From assembly GCF_964355755.1 (NCBI RefSeq), contig NC_092679.1, positions 19,947,432-20,011,431 of the forward strand: a DNA stretch of 64,000 nt, given 5' to 3'. The notes beneath the pieces are model-generated. The model made no database searches and was not told where the DNA came from. It saw only the letters and a program-made list of their open reading frames with translations. This stretch comes from Antedon mediterranea (Eukaryota; Animalia; Echinodermata). The translations under genes and the position numbers were made by a program. This document shows, in pieces, positions 1 through 12,144 of this stretch (position 1 is the first letter of the stretch; each line of letters opens with the position of its first letter).

Positions 1-798
1 TTTATTTGCCCTGACCTTTTTAGAGGAGGCACCCTAAAGTAGCATGTGATAGTAATTTAAGAAATAGTGGTAATTTTATCTATTTGATTTTTGTAGTTAA
101 TTTTTTTGTACTGTTTATTAATTAGCTTTGTTTTTTATATAACAATGAAGAAGAGCGCAACAACATACTCTCTGTCCACTTTTGGTCAAATTTTATTTGT
201 TAAAGATAATTTTTTATTGAAATCTTATTTTTAAAATTGATGTTCGCAATACAGTTATTACTGTACTATGCATTTTAAAGTCATAAACACAGTGCCTTAC
301 AAACTTACTAAAGAAGGTTGGACATTCCTCTAAAATAAAAGAGAATTTGTATTTGTGTTATATATTTGTTATGAAAGCCATTGGCAGATGTGGGACATTG
401 AAGTTTTGTAATCACTGAGCTTAAAAATTGTAAAATGAAGTACTTATTCCAATGTTTTATATTTTTGCATTTTTTACTGGTATTTAAATCTCCCCTTGGA
501 TATTCCTACTGTATCAATAAACTCACAATAGGTACATTCGTTTTTGTACTAACCCTCACTTCTAAAACAAAGCTTTAAACAACCATAAAACTACTTTTAA
601 AGTTCTGTAGAAGGTAATACATTGATAAAATGTCACTGTAAACATCAGGGATTTCATCACAATTTCAAATCATATAATTAGTGGTATATGTTGTGGTACA
701 TGTTTTGGTACATGTTTTGGTACATTCCTTTGTTGGTCTCAGGAATTATGCATTATTATTTTATGCATTATTATTTATCAGGTCCTTTGTTGGTCTTA

Positions 799-959
799 AG
801 CTCTGTCTACACTATCAAACTTTATGTGTCAAAAAAATGTGATGTGCCCATATATGGACATGATGATGTCATATCACTACCATATTTAAGCATAGCACTA
901 CCATATATGGGTACATCAAACTTTTTTGACACATAAAGTTTGATAGTGTAGACAGAGCT
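799..959. mobile_element. PIF/Harbinger-type MITE family A (TIR AGCTCTGTCTACACTATCAAACT). Representative copy; about 18 copies in the window
   Basis: Other copies at about 1716-1827, 4651-4765, 7668-7770, 12499-12610, 14300-14370, 15484-15644, 15677-15827, 19032-19194, 19428-19614, 22375-22532, 29828-29963, 31099-31225, 33054-33208, 35448-35631, 43940-44078, 56369-56510 and 63504-63664. Matching TAA/TAA or TTA/TTA flanks in several copies. Internal ~21-bp subrepeat tatcactaccatatttgggca. Confidence 0.85.
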
Positions 960-3729
960 TAATGCATTATTATTTTTAATGGGTGGGGCTGTTGGCGCAC
1001 TTTACGGTATTAACTCTACTGAAAACTAGACTCTGACAATCAAACTTTCTGGAAAATAAGCGCTAAAGAACCGTGCGTGTTTGATTCATTAAATAATTAA
1101 GTAATTTTTGTGTACTAATTATATGTATAATATATATATTAATATCTATATTAATTTTGCATGGATTGTTGTACAGTTAAGAAGCTTACTAAGACAATCA
1201 TTTTTCATTTAAAGATATATTGTCCCCTAAAAATTAAATTTTTGTTGAATATGCCATTTTAATGTCGCATAATAGTTATTCACTTTGACCAAAAACTGGA
1301 TCGAAAAACGAAATTAATTAAAATTAATGTTTCTTTTGTTTTCTTTTTTTAAGTAAAATAATTATTTTTGTTACGTTTTTTCCTTTGGTTTATTAAAACT
1401 GCAAAATGTCTGATTTTATTTCCATGTTTTTGAAGGACAATATATCTTTAACTATTGAAAACAAAAAAATTTGTGTGCTTTTTTTTTTAGTTTGAGTAGT
1501 AGAGGTTTATGTGAGCAGAAGATTTTGTTGATGTTATTCAAAACTCAATATAATAACTATTAAATTATAGTCGATCATGAAATAAATTAACACAAATTTA
1601 AAAAGACGGTCTTAATTTCATTTTGTAACAGAACAGTAACATTTATTCCTAAAAATACATTACACTATTTCAGATTATAACATACCCACGACTAAATTTT
1701 AATATTTTAGACTAAAGCTCTGTCTACACTATCAAACTTTGTGACAAAAAATTTGATGTGCCCATATATGGACATATTTGGGAAAACACTTTTTTTTGTA
1801 AACTAGTTTGATAGTGTAGACAGAGCTTTACACAGTATTATTTATGGCAGTTCTCAATATTCTGCTCAATGATAAAGAGAGAAAAAAGAAAGTAAAGAGA
1901 AGATATTTGCACCACAACTTTTGATCAAATCTATCTATATTACCATTTTAAGTGAAAATAAAACAAATTACAGTAGGAACCCTCCTTCAGGACACCCCTT
2001 CTAAATGAACGAATGGCAATATATGTTATAACACTACGGCCAACCCCTATTCAGGAGACAACAAATTAAATGTACATTTTGTAAGTCACAAAAATACAAT
2101 CCCTTTAGCTGTGGACCTACTTATATGTTGTGGCCAACCTAATTTGAACACATGAAAATTGCTTGAAAACAACACAATCTACTATTACAATACAGTATGC
2201 CTACTTTTCTGGTATCAATTTTCATTATTAAAAAAACATCAAATTTACCACCATATAAATATCATAGCCACTAGAGAAAGATCGTATTTTTACACCACGA
2301 AACAATACACAAACATTTTGGGTTTCAGGACTGTTGGTAGGCGACGGGAGGAAGATGAAGGGGGAAATGTAATGCTGCCATATTTTACAAAGCTACAAAA
2401 AATAATTCATACAAGGAGAAGGTAATTGACCCATACGCACCATCTAGCTCACTCTGCTGCACCTATGTATTTGTGGGTTGCATAGTTTTAAAAGGGGGTA
2501 GAACGTAAATGTCAAATTATAATGTATGCATATGATGGAGGTGGATGAAGACTACTGAAGGTAGTATAGAATGACTTAAGTATATACTAGTACACAGATG
2601 CACTAAACACAAAAGCACGAACAGATTTAGATTAAATACAATATGAAACTTGATATTATCATGTGTGTGGTCAATGAGTTACATCAAGTTTGTGACACTA
2701 ATCGGGGGCCCAGGGCAAACCATTATTCAAGGCACACAACCCTACTGAATGTGAACCCATTGTTCATTGTACTTTAATGCTCCATTGTGACCTATATTGT
2801 AGTATGTCTTTTGACCAACTCGCTTTCATTGCATCCCAGTGGTAAACAAGCTAAATCCCTCTCTTTGGAATAAAAAAAAAAGCTGTTGGTAAAAAATGTT
2901 AAAGCTGGTACAAAAATGTAAAAAAAAAAAATTTAATGGAATAAAGATTTTCATCACAAAATCAATAAAGTTGCTGCATAGAAAATAAAAAAATATTTAT
3001 TTCTCTACAAACTACAGTATTGCCAATAAAAAATACTGCATTGACAAACGTAATAATATTACGAATGTTAACACAATATAGGTTCTGCCAAAGTAACTGG
3101 ATACTCCTATTAAGGAGACACTTAACATATAAAATAAACGAGAAACACACTAGAACCTCTTCTTTATGACATCATATTAAGTGACGTAACACAGGGAACA
3201 AAGGCCTCTTGTTAAGCACTCCTATGGGCCCTTCAACGCTAGGTAATTTCATTGGGCTGCTCATATTCTGAGGCCCCTTGGTTTAGCCAGCAAGCGCTCA
3301 TAGCCGTTATGCCAGTGACCCTATTCAGAGGACACCCCTAGACACTTTCCTGTGAAATGTGGGGTTCTAGTATATGTTTAAACACTCCTATTCAGGGGAC
3401 ACCCCTAGGGAACATTTTCTTGGATGTCCCTACAATTACGGTTCTATTGTATTTCACTAGCAATGTTGACTACAGTACAATTTGCTATAACTCATCCCAT
3501 AAACTAATTAAGTATGCTTCCCATATGAACTACTCAATTCTATATCTAATTCTTTTTTTACTGTAAAGAGAACATGTTATAAAAAAAGCCCATTTCTGGT
3601 GGAAAATTAGCCTCCGTCAAGACTGCCAATATTGATTTGTACAGTTTGAATGTTACAAAACGTTGCCTAAACGTGTGGTAACTTCTGGAGTTTGATGAAT
3701 AGTTAGCCTCCGTGAAGCCACCTCAATTA

Positions 3730-6518
3730 TTAAGATGACACCAACACATAAATCATACTGAAAAAAAATAGATAAAAAATAAATAATTTGATGTATTGAA
3801 AACAAAAGGCAATATAATCTACAGTACCTACTATTAAACAAAATATGAATCTAGCCCTTTTTACTCGGGGTACCCGAGTCTAGGACTCTCTCATCTTCTC
3901 CTCCATCAGACACTATTGAGTAAAAAGTGCGATTTATAAAGTACTATTCCTCCCTTATTCGTTGTAGTATTGAGCAGGGATTTGGCATGAATATACCACA
4001 GGGACATGTCCTAAAAGCTATAGAGCCGGATTTTTAAATTTCAAACTGGATGCAGCCATATGACGTCTCGAAGATGGTACCATACACAGTAGCCGTATAA
4101 ACTATTTGGTAGCGAGGTTATTGATGTGTATGTGACATCACATCCCGTCTTATGACGTCATTACAGCTTCTTTTGCTGTATCCCGAGTATCACACATTCG
4201 TGCCTGTTATGTTTATGTATATATTTTGTTCATTGTATAAGTTTTATTGAGTACCGTGATTGTAATTTTTGAAGTGGAGCAAGCGCAACCTATTTTAAAT
4301 CTACCTTTTTTATGGTTGTTTTTTTTCTTTTGTGTGGTTGGTGAAATACATGAATACTAGTACTGTATATTATATGAAAACATTAACAAAAACAGCAAGG
4401 AGTATAAATAAAACAAATACCTGTACAAATAGTAAAAGAAAGATAGAAGATAAAAGGCTAATTTAATCCATCCTTCTTTCATGCACCTGGACAGGCTATC
4501 TGCATTCATTATTGTGGTAGGATCATACAGGCCAGGCCCTGACATCACAGGACGATTTGCATATCTAAAAACAATAAAAATATTGCATTTTTATACTGTT
4601 GAAATGAAAAGCAACATAAATATCACACCCACAATCCCATTTTTAAAACCAAGTGTTATGTGCCCAAATATGGTAGTGATATACCCAAATATGGTAGTGA
4701 TATGACATCATCATGTCATCAATACATGGGCACATCACATCAAGTTTGATAGTGTAGACAGAGCTTTATTAATTACCTGTAGATGTGATACGCAACCAAG
4801 GGAATATTTAATAGTACAGTAAGAACTTGAAATGCACAAAAGAATAAGATGGTGTACAGTAGGTGAATGAAGTACTCTGGTAAAACCAACTGAAAGAGAA
4901 AAAATAACAATCAATAAGCCACAGTGAAAATAAACAAGAACCATCTACAAAGGTGGTCTAATGGTAAGACATCCATCTGAATATCAAGCATGTGAGAGGT
5001 ACAATTCTTAAATGAGTCAGGGTTTTTTTCTAGAGCGACCCAACCAATAAGGTACGTTGTGTGTTACCAAGGTAAGGGTTGGTCGGAAAATGGAAATTTC
5101 AGGTATACAGCGTCTTTTTTGGTTAATAATTGTAATAATTAAATAGGTATTAAAATTAACTTTAGGGTGGGTCGGGTGGAAGAATTTACTTTCAATGTGC
5201 GTGTCCTTCTCGCACACCTTAGCCAGCAAAGTGATACGTTTTTGATCTTGCATATTTAAAAAACAATTTCTGTTATAATATATAATGAAAAAAATACAGC
5301 TGCGTAGTACATACAGGATTCAAACTGTTACACTGATCAATTGGATTTTTGTAATCAGTCTTGAGTTCATCAAATGCAATTATCTATAAAAAAAAAAGAT
5401 AAGAAATTCATTTAACAATACATTATTTAATATTAAGGAGTAGCCTAGGCCTAGGCTATACACATCATAAAATAGCATAGCCTTGAACTGTATAAAACTA
5501 AAGGCCTGTTTACACCTAAAATATATAAATGGAATGTGCCAGTGCAATTCGATTCAATTTTATTCGAGCACATAAATAACAATACAATAATGGACGGTTG
5601 TAATATAAACTTAAAAGTAAAAAACAAAGCTCAGGATGACCCAATAAAACCTTACGGTTTATTTACGTGGGGGTCCTATAACAAAAAATTACCGGTACAC
5701 TCCATAACATTTAAAATACATTAAGACATGATGTACTAAAATAAACTACCTTAAATAAATACATGAATACTTTTAAAATTTAGTTAAATACACTATTACT
5801 ATAAAACTAGAAATAGGCCTATAATAAAATCAATTTAAAATTAACAGAAATATTAGATAAAATAAGATATTTTAAAAACTACTTTAGCTTTAAAATACTT
5901 TACAATTGAGTTAAATACTTTAAAATATGTAAAATATGTACGGTAAAATATTAAAATACTGATACTAATTTAATTTACCCCACCCAGTATGCAAACTGGA
6001 TTTGGTCGCTAAGTGTAATTTAACTTGATGTTTAAATCTATGTGTAGACTAGTTGAAGACTTAATAGTATTTATTAAAATAATAAAGCAACGGCAACGCC
6101 CACCACTCCACTGAGCGTATGTAACTAGCCTTTTATAGCTAGGCTAGTACTACTACTACTAGTTACTACACACACAAAAGCAAGACAAGAGCCTGACTGA
6201 GATGGTTAACCTGTTGTTGTGAGTGAGGCTTGGCTAGCGTAACCTACCTAGGCCTAGAGGCTAGTTTAGTTAGACCCAGCCTAGGCCTACCCTACCCTAC
6301 CTACTAGAGGCCTCTAACTAGCTAGGTAGGTAGGCCTAGCTAGCTAGGCCTAGTTACATGCCTGTCGATTTCTATACCTGAAATATACATGTATTTTAAT
6401 AAATAGCACAACAATGAGTAATATATAAAATACTTACATGAAATATTGCAAAAAATATAAGAACAGCTGATAAAATCATTGCAAAAAGGTAGCAAAACGC
6501 AGCAAATGTGAAAGCCAT
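3730..6518 (-). CDS. CNIH1: Cornichon homolog 1-like ER cargo receptor, 5 coding exons (6518-6438, 5383-5315, 4889-4777, 4564-4421, 3757-3730), 144 aa
   Basis: Spliced translation [27 protein letters not shown]|[23 protein letters not shown]|LVLPEY...VAYHIYR|[20 protein letters not shown]...[15 protein letters not shown]|MIYVLVSS*. All introns GT-AG with consistent phases. Closely matches the cornichon/CNIH1 sequence as recalled. Confidence 0.95.
3859..4208 (+). mobile_element. Probable non-autonomous Helentron-like element in CNIH1 intron 4
   Basis: 5' ttttTACTCGGGgtacCCGAGT and 3' CCCGAGTA followed by a cac-attc-gtg hairpin and tgtt. Confidence 0.55.
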
Positions 6519-6708
6519 GATTAATTTTTTTCGCCAAGTTACAAAACGATGTACCGCCCTCAACAAATCAAAATAGTATTAGGCTCTCTTGTCCAGCCTC
6601 GCGACGCGAAAACAACAACTTCCACGACGACAGCAATCTTTTTGTAGAAAAATCCTTTACATTTTTTTAAATTTTAGTGTATAAAATGAATAAAAGTCGA
6701 CTTTGAAA
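6519..6708. promoter_or_regulatory. Putative bidirectional promoter and 5' UTRs shared by the two cornichon genes
   Basis: Only 190 bp separate two divergent ATGs. Local CpG cluster (cctcgcgacgcgaaa, ccacgacgac, gtaccgcccc) in otherwise CpG-poor DNA. Confidence 0.7.
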
Positions 6709-9135
6709 ATGGTTTCAGGCGAAATATTTACCTACGTTCTCACTCTAATTGACAGCACGGTTTTACTTTTTCTTGCTGTTTATTTTGTATCCTTTTTAAC
6801 TGTCAATTCGTTAGGCCTCGATTCTCATGGGAAAAGAGGTAATTGTTGGCCACGACTTTTTGCAGGGAATTGTGAGCTCAGCCTTCTCCACAACCAGGCC
6901 TAGAGAGGGGCCTAGCCATAAAAGTTTTATTAAAATTTATTTAATAATTTGAACAGTTTTATTTAGTTTATAATACACTAACCTAGGCCTAGTTAGTAAA
7001 ACTACAGTAGTTGGATGTAACATGCTTGGCCCTAGTTAGTTGACCAAAGAGTTAATAATAATAATAATTAATAATATGGCCAATGGCAATGGCCTAGGCC
7101 TTAGCCCTAATAAATAATGTTAATACAGTATTAAGTATTATTTTAGATTAAAAATGCATTGATTATTTTCCAATTAGACAAGTAGATTATCACATTATCT
7201 GATTTAGAATCAGATTATTTAAATGCACAATCATGCTGTTCTAAATTAAATACAGTAAGTATTTTAATTAAATGTTGTAATTAGATATTATAATTAAGAA
7301 TGTATATAAATATTATTGAATGTGTTTGGCACCACATGGCAAGTATATATTAATATCCATATCATGCTGTTTTTGTGCATAAATTAATATTTAATCATCA
7401 AATCTTAAAATTCTTGTATGATTTGCATTTTTATTGCCAAATTTGAACGCAAATAGCACAAAAAATCTTAATTGCAAAAAAAAGATGTTTGTAATTTTAT
7501 AAAACTTTAACCTATATTGATATTTGTGTAATCCATTTTTCTTTTAAGTGGGTAATACCCGAGATGCTGGCCAGTCTCGCTGCAACTCTACTGCTTCTAT
7601 TTAATTTTCATTGGTTTTTGTTCCTGTATAATATACCACTATCCGGATTCTTAGCTTACAGGTAATAAGCTCTGTCTACACAAAAAGTTATGATATTCCC
7701 AAATATGGTAGTGGATACCCAAATATGGTAGTGATATGACATCATCGTGTCCATGGTCACATCAAGCATTACTACTAGTTTACATTTGATATGTAACGAT
7801 TCTGTGTAACACCCTTATAAGGAGGACATATTGGGACCCAATTTGTTTTTCTGGAAGGTGTCCCCTGAAGAATTACACCCCCCCTCTGAATAGGTGTATT
7901 CCAAAGGAGGTTCTATCTACTGTTAAACCCGTTCTGTTTGTATTTGTAGGTATTTAAATATTCCAGCTGGTAATTTTGGTATGTTTGATCCCACTGAAAT
8001 TCACAATCGAGGCTACTTAAAGGGTTACATGAAAGAAACAATGGCAAAGATGGGCTTTCACCTAATTAGCTTTTTTATTTATTTATATTGGTAAGTATTT
8101 TATTTCTTTAGGCAATGTGGCCGAGGATTACCAATAGTAAATTAATCACATTCCTATCAGATAGGTGGTTTAGGGCTGGGTTCAAACTAGGACACATTTG
8201 CCTTACCATTGGTGATAAACTATCTATCTGATTTTCACTGCTGTATCTCCGCAATTGGCGAGTTACTCGCTATTGGATGCATATGAAAAAAAAAGCGCCC
8301 TCGAGAAAATTTACTTTTGTGAGATTTTTCCGAGTACGGAACAGCATGGAACATTGTACTGTTCACTTATTTACCTCCGCCAAGGAGGTATATGTAATCG
8401 GTAGCGTGTGTGTGTTTGTTTGTTAGCAGGATTACTCAAAAAGTAATTACAAGATCTTTACCAAAATGAATAGACAGATAGATATGTGGTCAAGGACCAT
8501 TCCATTAACTTTTGGGACCATTTGGGACCACAGTCCCAATTCTGGACCACTTTTTAGTATACTTTTTTAGACCTGCTAGTGTTAAAAGATAGGACAGAAT
8601 TTTTCAAAAGCCGGCGAGCAGTCTTTTCTCGAGAACTACCTGTCCAAAAAACTTCATTTTTGAACAAGAGGCAAGAGTTATAATTTGTGATTTGTAATTT
8701 AAAAACATAATTTGCTTTAATGTGCACGTTTTTTTATGCGAGTAGTTTAAAAAACCTATTTCTTTTCAAATTCACTCGTTTGATTTTCGCGTTGCTGTTC
8801 TATTGTTAGTCAACTGAAGCTATTGTTAATTACCATTACCCCAAACTCGCATACACATGCTTGTAGTGACATTAGTCTAAATCACAAACAGCATTAAAAC
8901 ACACACAAATATATATATATTTCTTTTTTACCGGAGAAATCTTATGTAGGAGAATTTTACAGTAGGCGGAGGTATGCCCTCTCGGAGTGGCTTTCTAGTT
9001 GGTGAATGTGGTTAGACGAATTTGAGATATGCATGCCTGTGCTCCAATACATGGAAAATACCAAACAGTAGCATTATTAATAGATTTCTTAATTTATTTT
9101 TTTTCAGTTTGATTTCAACATTAATCAATGGATGA
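6709..9135 (+). CDS. CNIH4: Cornichon homolog 4-like, 5 coding exons (6709-6786, 7186-7254, 7549-7661, 7950-8090, 9108-9135), 142 aa
   Basis: Spliced translation [26 protein letters not shown]|[23 protein letters not shown]|WVIPEM...AYR|[47 protein letters not shown]|LISTLING*. The [14 protein letters not shown] and [10 protein letters not shown] motifs are CNIH4-type. Confidence 0.94.
6787..7185 (+). other. U12-type (minor spliceosome) GT-AG intron 1 of CNIH4
   Basis: 5' splice site GTATCCTTT matches the U12 consensus. The 3' end (ttttccaattagacaagtag) has no polypyrimidine tract, and the branch-site match is weak. Confidence 0.8.
8368..9000 (+). mobile_element. Non-autonomous Helentron/DINE-like element in CNIH4 intron 4
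   Basis: 5' ttACCTCCGCCaaggaggt hairpin, (gt)/(gttt) microsatellite, 3' GGCGGAGGTat, a short hairpin and a ctagtt end. Confidence 0.75.
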
Positions 9136-10239
9136 TATCTGAACGGGAGACACTTTTGGCCCAAAATGTCAAATTCCTGGAAATTCCTACAAATATTGCT
9201 ATCTTTCTACTGTATTATCACCTTATTTGGCAATAAATTACCATGATTGAATAGAAAATTGCAAAACAATGTATATATCTTGTTATCTTACGATTAATTT
9301 GTTTGGTAAGCATTAAACATGTGCAGTATTTTACTGTTCATTTGGAGATAAATTACTGTATCAACTTTTGTTTTATTTCTGGGAAAATTTTTCTGGTTTC
9401 TGGTTTTCTAACAAGGCATCTCTTCATTAACATTTACGAAGAGGAAAAATAACATGATTTTTTTTAAAATTATGAATATTCCATCTGTATGTTCTATTGC
9501 CTTAACTCCTTTATCTGTACATGCATGTCAACAACAACAAAAACATAAATAATTACGAAGTTTGTTTGTTTTAATTGTTCATCATTATAGGGTGTATGAC
9601 AGGAGTTTTCTCCTATTTACAAAGTTTAAATGAAACAAACAGTATGGGCAAATGCAATCATCATCATGTTATGAGTTAATAAATCCAGACACCAATTGTA
9701 AGGGTTTGCTCCAATCAATGTACAAAGTTATATTCTTCCGTCATTTCGCCGACAGCCAAATAAGAAACATGTCATTTGATCACATCGTCCTAACACTACT
9801 ACTACGAGAGAGGACTGTGGAAAAATGACTCACAGGGAGACATGTATTAAGAGTGATAACCAACTCTATGTGACACCACACATATTGAGTGCTCAACCTG
9901 TATTAAGGGAGAAACTCTTGTATTGAGGGAGTAACCAACTCTATGTGACACCACACATATTGAGTGGTCACTATACTGAGAGTCGCTTCATATTCAGCAA
10001 TAAGGGAAAGGTTCTTAACAAAGTTTCATATAAACAAATAAAAACGGATGAGAATAAGATGAATATCTATCATCTATTCTGTATCGGTGATTACGAACGG
10101 GATGCAAATAATAATTGATCAAAATATGGTACACAGGATAATTATGGGGTATAAAAAGCTAATAATAGGATCAAATTTAAATATATACAGGTAGAATTGC
10201 AGAAACAAAAGAGAATTGAACAAGCCATAATCTGCATAC

Positions 10240-10425
10240 AATAAATGCACAGGTGTAGCCTAATTTGCATAAATGCACAGAACTAGACTAATTTTCATAA
10301 ATGCAGTTGTAATACTTTGCATAAATACACAGGTTTAGCCTAATTTGTATAAATGCACAGAAATAGACTAATTTGCATAAATGCACAGAAGTAGACTAAT
10401 TTGCATAAATGCACAGGTGTAGTCT
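10240..10425. repeat. Degenerate ~28-bp tandem repeat (taatttgcataaatgcacagaagtagac), about 6-7 units
   Basis: Direct inspection. Confidence 0.85.
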
Positions 10426-11140
10426 GAGGGTAGTAAGGTGTATCTATGCATCAATAACAAATGTTGCGACGTTAAAATACTGTATTTCTTTGTTAACCGC
10501 CTTTAGCAAACCAATGCAAGCATATAAACTCTGGATATGCACACAAACCCATTCACACCAGAAACAAAAATTAGTCTAAATATCATGTCATCTATGAAAG
10601 AATAATAGGATTCATGGCTTCACTGAGTTGTTGTTAGACAATGTATAGACAATGTGTCTTTATATACACCAACTATACAAGCAAGTTATTCAATTTAAAA
10701 GGAAGATCTTTTTAAATGAAAATACTGAAACATATTTTGTAGTTCATCTAAAATTCATTGTACAAAAATTTAATCTTGATCACATAATTGTTTAATGTGT
10801 TCAGATCAAACACTGATTCTACTTTAATTCTCACAACTACCCTAACACCCTCTGTTTTTATATTATTATCTGACTGACTGCATGAATCGGATTACGAACT
10901 TGACAATAACAGAGGGTGTATGTTAGAGAAGGTAATGGCATGTTATTGAGGTTTTAAATAATACAGATTAAATCAATCATTTGAATAAAATGTTCAACCC
11001 TCCAACCCCTCCCCCCCCCTGCAAAATTATCTAAAACCATAAATAAGTTATGAATGCAAGAGCATTCATGGAAAAGCCTAAGTCTACGTGTCCCTTCACA
11101 ATTATTATTCCAACTGTTTGAAAAAGCATGACATGTTTAT

Positions 11141-12110
11141 TTAATCAATGACGATTGGCTCGCCTGCTTTTACAGTACCATCAGGACCAGGAGCGGATGG
11201 GGGCAGCTTGGCGACTCCTGTCATCGGCATCTTTGCCATCCCCGTAATGGTAGGTTTACTCGCAATGGCGCTGAGAGGGTTGGAAGCGGGTGGCAACAGC
11301 TTCATCGGTGCTGACGGTACTAGCGGTTTACCTCCAGTTTGCGAGTGAAGCTTTCCCTGGCTGGCGAGGCTTGGCATGCCTGTCGCAGCCACGATCTTGG
11401 GCGGTGTGTGCTTGGCGGCTATTTTCATCAGCTTGTACGGACGACGTGCTGCACGTTTCTGGGTAGCATTTGACACTTGCTGTCTCAGACGTCTACAAAA
11501 ACACAGTTTTTTAAACTTAGCAAACCATATATGCAAGTGGAGTAAAGCTTATGAACTGGGAAAATTTTATTGGCAAATACAAACAATGAAAGTGCACTAG
11601 CAAACTTTCTAATGGTTTCTAGGCAGTCAGTCAGATATATATATATATATATAAATCCAAAGGCAAATTACTGAAAAAAATGACAATGCTGTGGGTATCA
11701 GTGGCTGGATCTCAATGGAGATACAAAAATAAAAAGCGAAAAGCTAAATCACAACGATAAAGTAAACAGCCAGAAAAGTTAGCAGAGCTTTCGGGCAACA
11801 CTAGCCCTTCATCAGTGCAAGCGAAGGAATTTGGATAACATCATAGTATAAAGCTGGCAGGTGCTGCCTGGGTGGACAGGAATAAAAGAAATATGACAAA
11901 GGGAGCCAGGGTGGAGTCTGAATAAGAGTAGAAAACAAAGAAGGTAGCTTGGTAGAGATATAAACAATTTTGGAATGAGACTAAAAAACAGCTTAAATGG
12001 TGGTTAATATTGAAACTTAAATTTTGGTAGTCAATGGAATAATTTTACCAATCTGGGAGTATGTTCCTAATGTTAAGTCCGAAAGGTTTTGTGGTTTTAA
12101 GTAGTAATTT

Positions 12111-12144
<34 letters not shown>

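Noticed and set aside
688-936. Short ORFs with SLPYLG/YPNMVV motifs (also 4481, 19055, 43918, 56270, 56347)
   Set aside because: Chance translations of the family A MITE subrepeat.
1-1620. Possible 3' UTR of a plus-strand gene outside the window
   Set aside because: AT-rich with AATAAA motifs, but no coding exon is visible to support it.
9850-9966. Local direct duplications (also about 22790-22918, 44850-45060 and 48470-48740)
   Set aside because: Simple two-copy tandem duplications with no sign of function.
11148-11600. Plus-strand hydrophobic ORFs overlapping the last MTA exon
   Set aside because: Antisense shadows of a GC-rich coding exon.
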